Positions 25,253 to 39,647 of a stretch of 64,000 bases of DNA are shown here, piece by piece. The position numbers were made by a program, and so were the translations under genes. Below the pieces are notes generated by a model that was not told the DNA's origin, ran no database searches, and was given only the letters and a program-made list of their open reading frames with translations. The stretch's first letter is position 1. Every line of letters begins with the position of its first letter. The DNA lies in contig OX597831.1 of the NCBI GenBank assembly GCA_951406725.2, forward strand, positions 31,868,001 to 31,932,000. Reading direction: 5' to 3'. The DNA comes from Octopus vulgaris (Eukaryota).

Positions 25253-26875
25253 ATAAAGAATATTAACCAAAAATAGTTTTAAAACCATAGTTGAGTCAGC
25301 TGTACTGTTCATGTGAGATTTGGACGAATTTGGTCAAAAATGAGGGATTTAAGGGCAAAAAACCAGTTTTGATCTAGCAGATCTATGATCAAAGATATTC
25401 CAACTGTAACCAACCAGTCTTTCTCATTTTCATCATCATTATTTAACATCCATTGTCCACGCTAGCATAGGTTGGATGGTTTGACCAGGGCTGGCAAGCT
25501 GGGAGGCTGCACCAGACTCCAGTCTGATTTGGCATAGTTTTCTATGGTTGGGTGCCCTTCTTAATGCCAACCACTCCAAGAGTGTAATGGGTGCCATTTG
25601 TGTGACACTGGTATCTACTACGACTGCGATTTTACTTGGCTTGATGGGTCTTCTTCTCAAGTATGACATAATATTAAAGGTCTCAGTCATGGCTCCCATG
25701 AGACCCAACACCCAACACCCATCCATTTCACCTCTGTGAGACCCAATGCTTGAAAGGTGCCTTTTACATGCCTCCGGCACAGGTGCCAGTTATGTGCCAC
25801 CAGCATCAGCCCCAACTATGATTTCACTTGGCTTGACAGGTCTTCTCAAGTACAGCATATCACCAAAGGTTTCAGTCACTAGTCATTGCTTCTGTGAGGC
25901 CCAAGTTTGAAGATCATGCTTCTTGTAAATAATATATCAAGAACTACATAACCCAATGTCCTTTCTTCTCATTCAAGGCACTAAAAGATGATGGGAAGAT
26001 TTGGTCATTAATTCTAGCAAGCTGAGCCACCACATAAAAGCTTCCTCTTTGATCCAAGTAACAGACAATCTATTCCAGATGAATATAAAGGAATTATTTG
26101 ATATTTGTAAATGAATTTTATTCTAAAAACCCAAATTGAATAAGACAATAAATTCAAAACTGATTGGTAACAAATTCAAAAACTGCTCAGATCATCACAT
26201 GATCCAGTATGAATGATGTTACATCACTTCAAGTACAACAATATCAATTACTGTCATCATCATCATCATCATATCAATATCCATTTTCCATGCTTGCATG
26301 TGTCAGACAAAATTCATTGAAGTAGATTTTTCAACAGCCAGAAGCCCTCCCTGTCCCGAACCCTCACCTGTTTCCCAGTAGGGTAATATTTCACAATAGT
26401 CGGATATATATTTCATGGAAGACTGGAAAAGAACGACACTGCTTGTATGATGCTTACTTACAACTATCATTTGATGCCAAGCGTAGGAAACAACACACCC
26501 ATACACACACAGTGGACTTCTTTTCACTTTCTGTGTACCAAATCCACTCCTAAGGCTGTCGAAGAAGACACTTGCCAAAGATGCCAGGCAGTGGGACTGA
26601 ATCTCAAAACTATATCACTGGTAAACCAACTTCTGAATTTTGGCATTAACACACAGCAAAATTCTTCAAGACTTATTCGAAGGAAGGAAATTCTTTACAG
26701 TCTCTGCATGTGGTGTGATTACAATAAGGATTAGAACTATGACTTTTTGGTTGCCAATCACATGTTTAATCACCTGTCCCCCATTTAAATTGGGGTTAAT
26801 TTCTGAATTTATTTACAAAACTAGGCTTTCCTTTCTCTCTCTCTCTCATATATACACTTCTCTATACTTCTACAC

Positions 26876-27078
26876 CACTGGTTCCCGACCTGTGGTCCGC
26901 AGACCCCCGGTGGTCTGCAAAAGTAGTACTGGGGGTCAATGAACTAAATTCAAAATTTCCTATATATATATATATATATATATACATCTACCTAAGGATA
27001 AGCATATTAAAAGGGGTCCGTGGGAAAACTCCTTTAAACAAAAGGGGTCCTTGGTAGTGAAAAGGTTGGGAACCACTG
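26876..27078. mobile_element. hAT (Charlie-like) MITE
   Basis: TIRs cactggttcccgacct / aggttgggaaccactg, with a perfect 8-bp TSD ttctacac at 26868-26875 and 27079-27086. Confidence 0.9.
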
Positions 27079-28779
27079 TTCTACACAGGCATGCATTATT
27101 TTACACCTTTTTCCATTTTTTCATCTCTTTCTCCTCTTCTCCTTAATTTCATAAACACATTCAATTTCTCTAGCTCTGCCTCCAGCACATATATACATCT
27201 TTTCCTTTATATATCATTTACATATGTAATGTTTTTATACAAATACTTGGATAAACATCACAGTTCACACATGTGTGTGTGTATAAATATATACATACAT
27301 ATGTATATACATTTATACATACACACGTGTATTATAGCTAAGTAAGTACTTGTGTCCTACTACCCTCGACCACTTGTCCCCTCTCTGCCTGATATAAGTG
27401 GGCAGTGAAGTGACTAATTCTATGTGAAGTTTATCTGACCTAATCTAAAACTTATGACTTACTGAAGATTTTTCTAATTTATTAAGTAACAAATATGAGT
27501 CATTTTAAATATACATGTGTCTTGTGTGTGTGTATGTGTGGGACTATTCTGCTTACACACAAATGCACATGTGGGCCCTATGACACATTTGCATTAACGT
27601 GTGTGTGTGTGTGCATGTGTGGTTGTATTCCACTACAATTCTGTGTTGTTTGACTATAAAGTTTCTCTTATGACTGTGTGTTCTGTGTGGGAGTGGAGAG
27701 ATTCCTTTCCTATATCATCTTGAGAGAAAGAATTAACTTATATTTGATTACGTTTGACTAAACTCTCAAACAGTGACTCCACAATTAAGATTAACTATAA
27801 AATATAATTTAATACTTACAATTAATTACAATATGCATTTTCATATCACAATATGTAATTACATTATAAATAATCAGCAGTCAATTAATTTGTAAGTGGC
27901 CACGCTGCTTATCGGTGCATCCATATGTGTGTTTGGTTGAGACATGCTTTTCTCAACTAGGTGGCACCAGATTTGATCCTGCCATGCAGCAGGACCTTGG
28001 GAAAGTGCTTTCTATCAATTGACCAAACCCTTGTGAGAAAAAGATGGAAAACAGAAACTGCATGGAAGCCCTTTAATGGTGGAACTATTCCTATCTTTGA
28101 ATGGTGGTCTTAGATCCTTGCACATGTTAGTTAATATCCTCATTTGGCTTTCAAGTATGTTTAGCAGAGTCCAATCTGTTGCAAGCATTTAAGCCTGACC
28201 TCTTGTCTAATGCTTTTTTCCCTTTTCCCACTGGTCTGGGAGGCTAAAAGATGCTGCTTTGTACTGTATTTGAACTCAGAAGCACAAGGTCCACCATATA
28301 CTGAACAATATATAGCCTATTTAGTTGAGTGACCTAACACTGGTACTTCATTTTATTGACCCTGAAGAGATGAAAGGCAAATGTGATCTGATGGTATTTA
28401 AGCTTAGAGGAAACAACAAAGTGCTAAATACCATCTGCTCCCATGAACTTCTGATCTACCACTCTAACCAACCGAACAACAAAAACAACATTAACAATCT
28501 TTTCTATTATTGCCACAAGGCTTGAAATTTATTGGATGGATGTGGCAAGTCAATTATATTGTCCCCAGTGCGTAACAGGTACTTAGCTTATCAACTGCAA
28601 AAGGATGAAAGGCAAAGTCAACTTTTATGGATTTGAACTCAGAACATGAAGACAAATAATAAAAATAACAATAATAGTAATTTCTTTTGGTCATTGGCCA
28701 ACTGAATCTATTTTGTTGCTCTTGTACCATTTTTTGCTCTTGTACTTACTTTTAATAGTTCCTGTGAGGGTAAAAAAAA

Positions 28780-29235
28780 AGACAAACCAGAAGGATATGT
28801 AGGCAAACAGATAGATAAGTACATAGATAACATGGACATACAAGCAAGCATGCACGCACACACACACACACACACAAAAGGAAAGGAGACAGAAACATAT
28901 GACCATATACACACAAGCACACTATGCATACACACACACACACAAAGACACATCCATACATAACAGATACATGTACAGTCACACAAACACATACACATAG
29001 ACACACTCAAACATGCATGCACAATGAGACAGAAGTATAAATACATACACACACACGTGCATACAAACATGCACATACAAACACATGAATATGTAGAATA
29101 CATATACATACAAGCATACACATACATATATATATATATATATACATAGGCATACACACACAAGCATACATACACATGTGTATACACATGCATACTGATG
29201 CATGCACATGTGCACAAACAAACAAACAAACAAAA
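28780..29235. repeat. Degenerate (CA/CATA)n microsatellite field
   Basis: Continuous alternating purine-pyrimidine repeats. They explain the spurious Cys/Val/Tyr-rich ORFs here. Confidence 0.9.
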
Positions 29236-29364
29236 AGAACACAGCTCCAATAATGGACAGTCAACAACTATTGAAGAGGTTGCAAGAAGTAACGAAAATT
29301 TTAGGGGAAAAAAAAAAAGTAAATGAGTGGAATTTGAACCAGTGAATTCAATTAATAAAGGCAT

Positions 29365-29606
29365 TTAACCCTTTCATTACTGTATTTATTTTGAGATGCT
29401 CTGTGTTTCTTTCAATTATTTTAAATATAACAAAGAATTTAGTAAAATAACTTAGTTATCATTCAGCTAGTGTTAGGAACGTAAATTATGGCTTGGTGGA
29501 ATATTTTAAGGCTTGGTGGAATATTTTAATTCAAAACTTATGAAAACAAGACATTTTACCAGAGAGCCAGAGCCGGTTTTGGCCGGGTTAGTAACAAAAG
29601 GGTTAA
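29365..29606. mobile_element. piggyBac-type MITE, opposite orientation to 25025
   Basis: TTAA-CCCTT...AAGGG-TTAA, with an internal tandem duplication ggcttggtggaatattttaa x2. Confidence 0.85.
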
Positions 29607-30009
29607 ACAGAATGACTCTTCCCAGACACAACAAAACCTAGCAGGATTTGAACCCATTATGAAAGCGGGGAAAGAATCTAATACAGAGACACACAGAAGC
29701 TGTTTATGCTGTAACAGGGTGGAGTTTTGGGGGCTGGATGGGAGGTGGGGCAGTGATGGTGGTTGGGGAGGGGTTGTATTTATCAGTTCTGAAAAGATGA
29801 AGGGTAAAGATGGCCAGTAAGAATTTAAACATCAAGTATGATGGTGAGATGATGATGATGATAGTAATGATGATGACGACCAGTAAGTTAGGAAACTTTT
29901 CAACTTTTTACCCCCCTTCAATTTACAAAAATGAGAAAAGCAGTTTCCATTTTGTAGCATTGCCAAACTGAAGAGAATTCCAGGAATGAGGTCTTATTCT
30001 GAATTAGAT

Positions 30010-30665
30010 TTATTATTACAGATTGGCTGAATTGTTAGAGCATCGGTCAAAATGCTTAGCAGCATTTTTTTCAGGCTCTTTGTGTTCTAAGATCAAATCT
30101 TACAGTGATCAACTCTGCCTTTCCTCCTTTCGGGGTTAATAAGATCAAGCACTGAAGTGTCATTGATTTACTCCCTGCCATCAAAATTTGAAGCAATTAT
30201 TATTATTATTGTTGTTGTTGTTGTTGTTGTTATTGTTATATAAGATGGCAAACTGGCAGAATCGTTAGCATGCCAGGTGAAATGCTCAGTGGTATTTCGT
30301 TCATCCTTATGTTCTGAGTTCAAATTCCACCAAGGTCATCTTTGCCTTCCGTCCTTTTGGGGTCAATAAATTAAGTACTAGCTGCGTACTGAAATCGATC
30401 TTATCAACTGATCTCCTCCCCCAAAATTTCGGGTTTTGTGCCTGGAATAAAGATTATTGTTGTTGCTGTTGTTGTTAAGGCAGTGAACTGGGAGAATTGT
30501 TAGCACGCCAGGCAAAACGCTTAATGGCATTTCGTCCATCTTCACATTCTGAGTTCAAATTCTGCTGAGGTTGACTTTGCCTTTCATCCTTCTGGGGTCA
30601 ATAAGTTAAGTACCAGTTATGCACTGGGATCAATGTAATCAGCTTGGTCCCTCCCCAAAATTGCA
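30010..30665 (+). mobile_element. Three head-to-tail Meta-like SINEs separated by (ATT/GTT)n tails
   Basis: The SINE core recurs at ~30020, ~30245 and ~30478. Confidence 0.75.
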
Positions 30666-32587
30666 AGACTAGTAAAAAGGCGTATTATCATTATTGTTGT
30701 TGCTGTTACATTTAATATTGTAGCAAAAATGGTGGAATGATACAAATGGTAGAGCACTGAACAAAGTATCTTACAGTATATATTTAGTCCAACAGTGAAT
30801 CTAAGATTGCATTGTCTAATCTGGCCTTCTGGGTTGTGGTTTGAAGGGTTTTTCATTGCTATTTCTAACAGATTGAATGACCATATAAATGCTGCTTCAA
30901 CATTGCTCCTGGACCAATGCCACTGTGCAGCACTTTGGCCAAGTATTTTCTTTTTTACCAAAGCCAAAGGTTTGCCAATACAGTGTGGGCATGAAATTTG
31001 ACAGGCAGAGGTTCTACAGAAGAAGCCATTTTTGTGTGGTAGACCTAATCTGTTCCTTGTTTAATACCACCACCTGGTCCTTGACTGTGCCTTATAAAAA
31101 ACAAAAACAAAAAAAAACTCCACTCTGTTGCAAGTATTTAAAACAGACCTCCAGAGGTTTCTTTTTTTCCTCCCTGTACCCATCACCACAAGTCTCAGAA
31201 GACCCTCAAAAAAGGTACTAGGTGCTTCCTTTCCACTTCTGACTAAACCATAAAAAATGTATACTATGACTCCAGTACTCCCACTTTGGTAATATCATTG
31301 CAGAGAGAGAGAGAGAGGGAGGGAGGGAGGAGAGAGAGAGAGAGAGAGAGAGAAGGGGTACTTATGGGCATTAGTACTGTTCCACCCCACCCCACCCCTC
31401 ATCTTCTGAAATACGTAACTTGAACCTCATCAAAAAGAAACCCATATGAAATATGAAATTATATTCTTGTGGGGATATAATTAATAAAATTAGAAATGTA
31501 AGTCCCCTCACCACCACTACCACCACACTTTTTTTCATTTGTAAAACTATTTTAAATGTTTTCACAGAATAATGATAATAATAATAAATAAATAAATAAA
31601 AACTAAGGCTCTTTTTCTTTCTTTCTAAAGAAATAAAAACTACAAATATTCCATTCTTTTTTTGTATATATATGGTATGTATTTTAAATCCTTATTTCTT
31701 CCCTACTGTAAAGAATTCGTTATTTAGCAAGGCGTTGGCATGTTGAGAAATATATTGGCAAAGCTGCTAAAAAAATTTTTTTTTTAAATCAAAGAAAATT
31801 TACAAAACAATACAAACATTGAAAGTAATAAATTGTTTTCGTGGATTGATTTATAACACGAATGAGGTTAGCTTTATTTTGTGCAAATTTAAAAAGAATT
31901 AAATTAAATATTTTTGATTTGATATCAGGTTTCAACTGCAACCCAACCCTCCTCTCCTACATTTTGTACAACTGATCTGGATGATGGTGGTGGTGGTGGA
32001 GTGGTAGTGGTGGTGGTGGAGCGGTAGTGGTGGTAGTGGTGGTGGTGGAGCGGTAGTGGTGGTAGTGGAGCAGTAGTGGTAGTGGTGGTCGTGGTCGTGG
32101 TAAATGCGCTACCCCATTATCAATTCTGATACAAGAGAACAGAATGTCTGTTGTTATTTGCTCCAGTTCTTTAGTATCTGAGTTCAAATCCTGCTGAGGT
32201 CAACTTGGCTCCCACATCACCTCCAACACCACCAACCACCACCACCACCACATTATCCAATGTGTCCTTACATTATCTAATGTGTCCTGTAAGATGGTAA
32301 GGTCTGAAATTTCGTTGCCTTTCCCAACAGGTCAAACAACTATGTAGAGACTCCTTCACTGGTTCATAGTAATAATGAGGGTTACAATAATCCTTTCTAC
32401 TGTAGGCACAAGGCCTGAAATTTGGGGGAAGTGGTTGGCGAGGAGGACAAGTCGATTATATCGACCCCAAAAGGATGAAAAGGCAAAGTCAACTTTGACA
32501 GAATTTGAACTCAGAGCATAGCGATGGGCGAAATACCGCTAAACATTTCGTCCAGCATGCTAACGATTCTGCCAGCTCACCATCTTC

Positions 32588-32800
32588 ATGATGGTTACAA
32601 TAATGGGGACTATGATGATGATTATGAGGTCAATGATGGTGGTGGTGATGCTGGTGTTGATGGTGGTGGTCATAGTAGTAGTGATGGTGATGATGGTGGT
32701 AGTGGTGGTGGTGATGGTGGTAGTACTGGTGATAATGAAGGCAGTGGTAGTGGTTTTGGTGGTGGTGGTGGTGGTGGTGGTGGTGGTGATGGTGGTGTTT
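32588..32800. repeat. (GGT/GAT)n trinucleotide microsatellite
   Basis: Directly visible. A similar tract lies at 31983-32101. Confidence 0.9.
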
Positions 32801-34034
32801 GCAACCATTTACTAAATTAATAACATATTTGCACTTGGTGAAAACTTATGACTAAACTGGGGGTAGGGGTTAAATAATTAATTTATTCTCTTAATGACTA
32901 ATAATGCATATTTCATTCAAATCTTTGTTATTTAGGGCAGTGAGTTAGCAGAATCATTAGGGTATTGGGCAGAATACCTTGTTGTATTTGTTCCAGCACT
33001 TTACATTTCAAGTTCAAATCCCTCTAAAGTTAGCTTTACCTTTTATCTCTCTGGGAATCGGTAAAACAGGTACCAGTCATATTCTTTTATTCTTTCAAAT
33101 GTTTCAGTCATTTGACTGCTGCCATGCTGGAGCACTACCTTTAGTCGAGCAAATCTACCCCAGGATTTATTCTTCATAAGCCTAGTACTTACTTTATCAG
33201 TTTCTTTTGGCGAACTGCTAAGTTACAGGGACGTAAACACACCAGCTATGTTGGGGGGACAAACACAACGGGCTTCTTTCAGTTTCAGTCTACCAAATCC
33301 ACTCACCAGGCTTTGGTCGGCCCAAGGATATAGTAGAAGACACTTGCCCAAGGTGTCATGCAGTAGGACTGAACCCAGAACCATGTGGTTGGGAAGCAAG
33401 CTACTTACCACACAGCCACTGAGGTCAATATAATTTCTACCATTGTGTCTATGCAAGACTCTATTTATCATTATTATTATTGGCAATGACGAATGACCGA
33501 GTCCTTTGGCATTATGTCATCCTTGAGATGACTCATCAAGTCAAGTAAAATTGCTGTTGTGGCAAATACTGGTGTCATGCAAATGGTACCCGTGCTGGTG
33601 GCACATAAAAGCACCCATTACACTCTCGGAGTGGTTGGCATTAGGAAGGGCATCCAGCTATAGTAAACCATGCCAAATCAGACTGGAGTCTGGTGCAGCC
33701 TTCCAGCATGCCAGCCCTGGTCAAGCCATCCAACCCATGCCAGCATGGACAATGGACGTTAAATGATGATGATGCTGATAATGATTGTTATTTAAGGTGG
33801 TGAACTGGCAGAATTGTTAGCATGCAGGACAAAATGCTTTGCAGTATTTCGTCTGCAGCTACATCCTGAATACAAATTCTGCTGAGGTTGACCTTGCCTT
33901 TCATCCTTTTGGTGTCAATAAATTAAGTACCAGTTGAACACTGGGGTCGATGTAATCAACTGTTCCCATCCTCACAAAATCCAGGCCTTGTGCCTATAGT
34001 AGAAAGGATTATCAATATATTATTATCATTATCA

Positions 34035-34070
<36 letters not shown>

Positions 34071-34808
34071 TTATTATTATTATTATTAAGGTGCTAACTT
34101 TTTGTTTTTGTATGTGCCTGTTGTGTGCGTGTGTCACACTTACTTCAAAGAAGTGACAAAGTGAGAGAGAGGAAGACAGAGGAAGTAAGAGAGAAAGAGA
34201 GAGAGTGAAAGAGACAGTGAGTGGTGACGGCGTTCATTTTGTGTTTTTCAATGTTTATCACATTGCAAGAGAAGTAGATACATAGATACACATACACATT
34301 GTTAAATCAAAAGCGGGAGAGAAGAGGGACACAAAAGAAGGGAAAGATAAAGAGAGGAAGTGAGAGAGACAGCAGATACATAAATCCCCAAAAAAGTTCA
34401 TACATAGATACAGAGACACAGCAAATATTGGCTGTCAGTTTCCCTTTTCATTACCACACAAGGATAAAATTAACTCGCAAATGGCTGAGTACTCCACAGA
34501 CATGCATAACATTAATGTAGTTCTCAGGAAGATTCAGCCTCACACAGAATATGACAAGGTTGGCCCCTTTGAATTACAGCTACAACTCAAGACATATATA
34601 TATATATATGAATGTATTTGTGTGTATGTATAGTTTAGGTTAGTTAAAACATGTTTGCAATAATAAGTGTCACATGGTGGAAATAAATGCAATTACCAAA
34701 CTTTCATTCATAAATCCATTTATTATTTCATTCTTTTGTATTTCAATTTGTACATTTGTACCCAGAAATTTTCAACAACTGCACGCCAGAAAAAATGGAA
34801 AAACAACT

Positions 34809-35430
34809 AATTTTATCTCCTAAAAATTCTGACTGTCTTGCAATAAATTAAAAAGTTCCTAATATTATACCAGAGGCATTTAAAGCATACTTAAGCACAG
34901 ATTCAGTGTCCTGCAATAATGAAGAGGAGGTTCAGAACTATCCATTTGAATTCATAAACTCACTCACTCCATCTGGTATGCCTCCTCATCGACTCAACTT
35001 AAAAGTAGGGGCTATTGTAATGCTGCTAAGAAATCTTTCAATCAGTCAAGGACTATGTAATGGAACTTGCATGAAAGTGCAAAGACTTCATGAACATTGT
35101 GTAGAGGCATCATTGGTAACAGGCTCCAACAGAGACTGTACAGTTCTAATTCCCAGAATTAAACTTAGCTCAAGTGATGCAAATATTCCATTCACACTAA
35201 ACAGATTTCAGTTTCCACTTTGACTTGCATATTCAATGACAATTAATAAGGCTCAAGAGCAAACATTTGAAAAAGTTGGAATACATTTGCCTTAACCGGT
35301 ATTTTCTCATGGCCAATTATATGTCGCATTTTCAAGAGCACAAGCTATGAACAATATCGAAGTAAGAATTACGACACTCAATTGGGATAACAGACAAGGC
35401 CAAAAACATGGTGTGACATACACACAAAAT
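34809..35430 (+). mobile_element. Helitron Rep/Hel PIF1 helicase C-terminal fragment (pseudogenised)
   Basis: Translates as SGMPPHRLNLKVGAIVMLLRNL..GLCNGT..IPRIKL..QFPL*LAYSMTINKAQ..VFSHGQLYVAFSRA, with in-frame stops (e.g. 35221). Confidence 0.92.
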
Positions 35431-36235
35431 ATAGTCACTCCATCATTACACCTTTAAGATCAGGGAACCAGTTAGAGGCTTGCTGGATCTCTCTCGGCAT
35501 ACCAGCAAACCACAAAATCGCACCAGCCAGCATCACCACTACCTCCAAGCCAGTCATATATATGTACGTATGTATGTATGTGTGTGTGTGTTTATGTCTA
35601 TGTTTGTCTCACCACCCTATTGCTTGACAACCAATGCTGGTGCGCTTGCATCCCTGTAATTTAGCTGTTCAGCAGAAGAGATTGTTAGAATAAGCACCAG
35701 GCTTACAGGGAATAAGTCCAGGGTTCAATTTCTTTGACTAAATGGTTGTGCTCCAGCATGGCCACCGTCAAATGAATGAAACAAGTAAAAGAATAAAAGA
35801 ATACCAGAAAAACGTTCCATACCACAAAACCAAGTAGGTTCTTTGAATATGTACGATGTATTCTAAGGTTAAATAGTAATTCCGTTTATGTTTGTGTAAC
35901 AGATATTTTGGTTGGATTATATAGTCATTGGTGTTACATTACTTTCTATATTCTGTAACTGTCACAATATACTTTTCTAGGCCTGAAAGTTTTGTGGGGA
36001 GGGGATCAGTTGATTCGATTGACCCCAGTACACAACTGGTAGTTAATTTATCGACCCCAAAAGGACGAAAGGCAAAGTCAACCTCGGCAGAATTTGAACT
36101 CAGAACGTAAAGACAGACGGTCATAATATACAAACATTTCTCCTGGCACCAGTACACTGTTTACAGATGTTTACATTTTTTATGTTTTCCATAAATTTTT
36201 CACTGGTCCAGCTAGTTATTATTATTATTATTATT

Positions 36236-36420
36236 ACCTACGCCTTAGTGAAGGCGGAGGTATTGTTTTCAGTCGTGTTTGCTTGTCTATGGACAACATA
36301 TCTCAAGAACCGCTGGATGGATTCAGATGAAACTTTCAGAGAGGTTTGGTCTCGTGACTGGCATGAATTGATTAGCTTTTGGGATTAATCTGGTACCAGA
36401 CAAGGATTCTGGATTATTTG
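36236..36420 (+). mobile_element. Helentron/DINE-like non-autonomous repeat fragment (second copy 44521-44860)
   Basis: ttacct.cgcc..ggcggagg subterminal hairpin followed by gttttcag..tatctcaagaac.gctggatggatt in both copies. Family assignment is from recall. Confidence 0.5.
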
Positions 36421-36580
36421 TTATGTTTACTTTACATGATTATGATCTTACTTTGACTTATTTCCCTTTAGGCTGTTTCCAAAGTTTTATTTTCGTTTCT
36501 CTATTATTAATTTTACTTGTGTCTCTATCTTTAACTGATGGATAAAGAAATCAAACTACCACATCTTTGCTTTTTGTAGG

Positions 36581-36756
36581 CTGTGATTTCCACAGAGTTC
36601 GCAATGGATCATTCTTGCCACATTGTCATGGTGTCTTTTGTGTTCACTTTGTGCCAATTTCAGGCATTTGCTAACGATGTGCCATACCATTTCACCTCTC
36701 TCTAACCCACATTCTGCATTTGTTGCTATTGGTAGTGTTGTCTATTCTGCACTTCC
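36581..36756 (-). mobile_element. R4/Dong-like (RLE-type) LINE fragment
   Basis: Minus strand, with one frameshift: KCRM../ERGEMVWHIVSKCLKLAQSEHKRHHDNVARMIHCELC, i.e. CCHC knuckle plus RHD motif. Confidence 0.75.
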
Positions 36757-37172
36757 CATCAGCATCACCATTTCCATCATCATCATCATCATCATCAAGA
36801 ACAGTGGACTGGCAGAATTGTTGAAGAGTCAGACAAAATACCTCACAACATTTAGTTATGGCTCACTACATTCCGAGTTCAATCTCACCAAGGTCAAACT
36901 TGCCTTTTGTTCCTTGGGGGTTGATAAAATATATTACCAGTCAACTACTGGGGTCAATAGTATTAGTTAACCTTGTCTCCAGAATTGCTGGCCTCGTGCT
37001 TAATTCAGAAACCATTATTATCATTTTCTTGTGTTTTTATGTTCTTAGTTCAAACCCTGCTATGGTCAACTGTGCCTTTTCATTTTTCCAGAGTCAAAGT
37101 ACTTGAGTCAATGGCATTAACCTAACCCCGCCTCCTCTTCAAAATTGCTGGCCTTGAGCCTTAATTAGAAAT

Positions 37173-37373
37173 TGTTATAATCTTTAAAATGTCAATTCGT
37201 TATAATGCCCACTTCTGTATACAGTATACTAATTAAAACCAGTAAAGACGTTCCTATCTCTGACCACCTACTACGTGCTCCCATACTGTCTTGTACTCTC
37301 CTATTTATAGTGATTGGGTTATTCCATTCATCGCATGGGAGGGGTGTATCATTATTACTAATTCCCTACAACA
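37173..37373 (-). repeat. 3' LTR of Gypsy element
   Basis: Minus strand TGTTGTA...TATAACA inverted termini, preceded by purine tract AAAAGAGG, with internal TATAAATA. Confidence 0.7.
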
Positions 37374-39300
37374 CCTCTTTTAAGTTTTTCTTAAGAAGAG
37401 TCATTTTATTTAGCAATATTTTTTTTTATTCACCCCACCTCCCTTTTTGAGTTTTTTTGTTTTTTGTATAATTTAATACTTTTTGCACTTGGCATCTATT
37501 TCCAGGAACTCTGTATGTTTCTTTTTTCCTCTCACTTGTACACTTAGGTTCAATCACCTGCATTGGTGTTGATACATGGAATGTATCGTACAACCATTCC
37601 ATTGGTTCCTCCAACTTCTTTGGTTCGCTTTCCACGGATCTCTTTTACAGTTGATTCCTGTGTCTCTTTTGTATGCCGTTTCTACTTTTTACCCAATACA
37701 TAATTTTACCTATGCATTTGGTAATTACACCATCTTCCCAACTCTGCTTTCCATTCTTGCATGCCCTCATATACACCTTTTCACCAACTTTAAAGAATCT
37801 TGGTATGTCTTCTCTGGCACTTTTTCTTTTCTTGCTAGGTAGCAAAGACTGATTTTACTTTCCTTGTAAACATCAGCTCCACTGGTGATCTACCTGCTTC
37901 ATCCGTGACTTCCTTATTCGATTTTCTAAGGGCTCTTATGAAGGCATCGACAAAGCATTCTGCCTGTCCATTAGATCTCAGATGGTATGGCACCATAGTT
38001 ATATGAATTACCACAAATGTTTCACAAAATTTTTTAAAATTCACTAGACACAAATTGCGTTCTATTGTCAGATACTATCTTGTCTGGGATGCCAAATCTT
38101 GCAAACAGTTCATGTAAAACATTGATCACAGTTGAGGAGGTTTGTTTTTTACACTTGCAAATTACAGATCATTTTGAGAAACTATCAACGACCATTAGGT
38201 AATAAGAACCATTTAAAGGACCATCGAAATCGATGTATAGTCGCAACCATGGAACATCTACTTTTGAACACTGTTTACATTTTATCATGGGCAATTTTTC
38301 ATTTCGTTTTGGCTTACATACAGGTGTTCCACTCTTGTTTTACTGCAATTTTCTGTCTCAGTCCCTCAGCCACATTCAAACTTTTGACTGAATCAACTAT
38401 ATTTCCACACAAAATACTTATGGACGTATTTGAATAGTTCTGTCCACTCTCTGCCAAATAAATTACATGAATTTTCTAACACATAAATCTTTGCCTTTTT
38501 TGTTTGACCTCGAAATATTACACTACATACAAATTCACCGAAAAAATATAATCTTTTTTCCCCATAACACCATGTGCTACCTTTTTGGATTTAATTAACT
38601 TTGGCTTACTGATATATTTCCACAATTTTTCGTTTATAATGGTAATATCACTACTACCAGTGTCCAATTGTATTTTAACACTTGTATTTCTGATTTTCCC
38701 CTTCATGAATTTCCTCATCATTATATTAACAATTTCTTTCGATGACGTACTATTTATTCTTTTTTCTTTGTTCTGATATTTTGTCATCTTTATTCTACAG
38801 TGCATCTTTATTTGTCCTATATTTCCACAACAAAAGCACTCTGCTTTCTTAAAAGGACAATTTTTCCGCAGGTGTATTCCTCCACATGCAAAACATGGGT
38901 TTATTTCCTGATTTTTGTCGTGTTTTTTAGAAAACACTTCATCTCTGTTCTGACTATTTCGCACTTGCTTTACTTGGAAACAATCTTTACATTCAGTGTC
39001 ATGTCTTAATTTGACTATCCTTTCAAATTCTTCTGACACTTGCTGTAGGGTTACATCCTAGTTTTGTTCCAACTTTGCAAGAATTCTAGTTCTAACTTCT
39101 GCATTGTTTCCAGCAGTAAGTTCCTGTGTAAAAATCAGGCATTTGAACATATCAGGTGTAAAGTAATCCAGCTTAAACTTCTTGCATTCCCTGTTTACTC
39201 TACCAGCAAATGTGATGTCGTCCTTGTCATTGTTTTTCAGACACTTCCAATGTGTGTTGAACAATAAGCTTTTTTTCCCAGAAAATTTTACACAATATAT
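37173..39300 (-). mobile_element. Decayed Ty3/Gypsy (K02A2.6-like) LTR retrotransposon with RT/RNase H deleted
   Basis: gag with twin zinc knuckles (CFACGGIHLRKNC..CFCCGNIGQIKMHC), protease LDTGS, integrase (IDFDGP, VVDSFSK, FGIPDKIVSDN, SNGQAECFV, KRHRNQL). Frameshifts and stops present. Confidence 0.9.
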
Positions 39301-39647
39301 CTATTGTGTCATCAAAGTTTATGTCCAATGGCTTTCTTTTGTAGAAAGGATTATCATTGTCATCATCATCATCAGTAGACTGATGAAATTATTTGCACGA
39401 ACAGACCTAACACCTTGAAATTTATATTGTTAATATCTTGAATCAAAACAATATATTGAAAACATCTTTCTTTGATCTTATAAACCCGCTAATGTTTCCC
39501 ATTTTTTTGCTTTGTTTTTATTGGAAACTTTTCTTGCCAGTTTTCATCACACAGTCCAACCTATGTTAGCATAGACAATGGACGTTTGATGATGATGATG
39601 ACACACATACATTTTTGTACTTATCTGTTGTTTTCTTGAAATTCCAG

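Noticed and set aside
28691-29364. 218-aa Cys/Val-rich hydrophobic ORF and overlapping ORFs
   Set aside because: Translation of (TG/TATG)n microsatellite.
32524-32820. Gly/Asp-rich or Thr-rich ORFs
   Set aside because: (GGT)n microsatellite appended to a SINE.
35900-35980. Possible integrin signal-peptide exon (..IVIGVTLLSIFCNCHNILF*)
   Set aside because: Ends in a stop at a SINE boundary, with no ATG, FG motif or phase-2 donor found.
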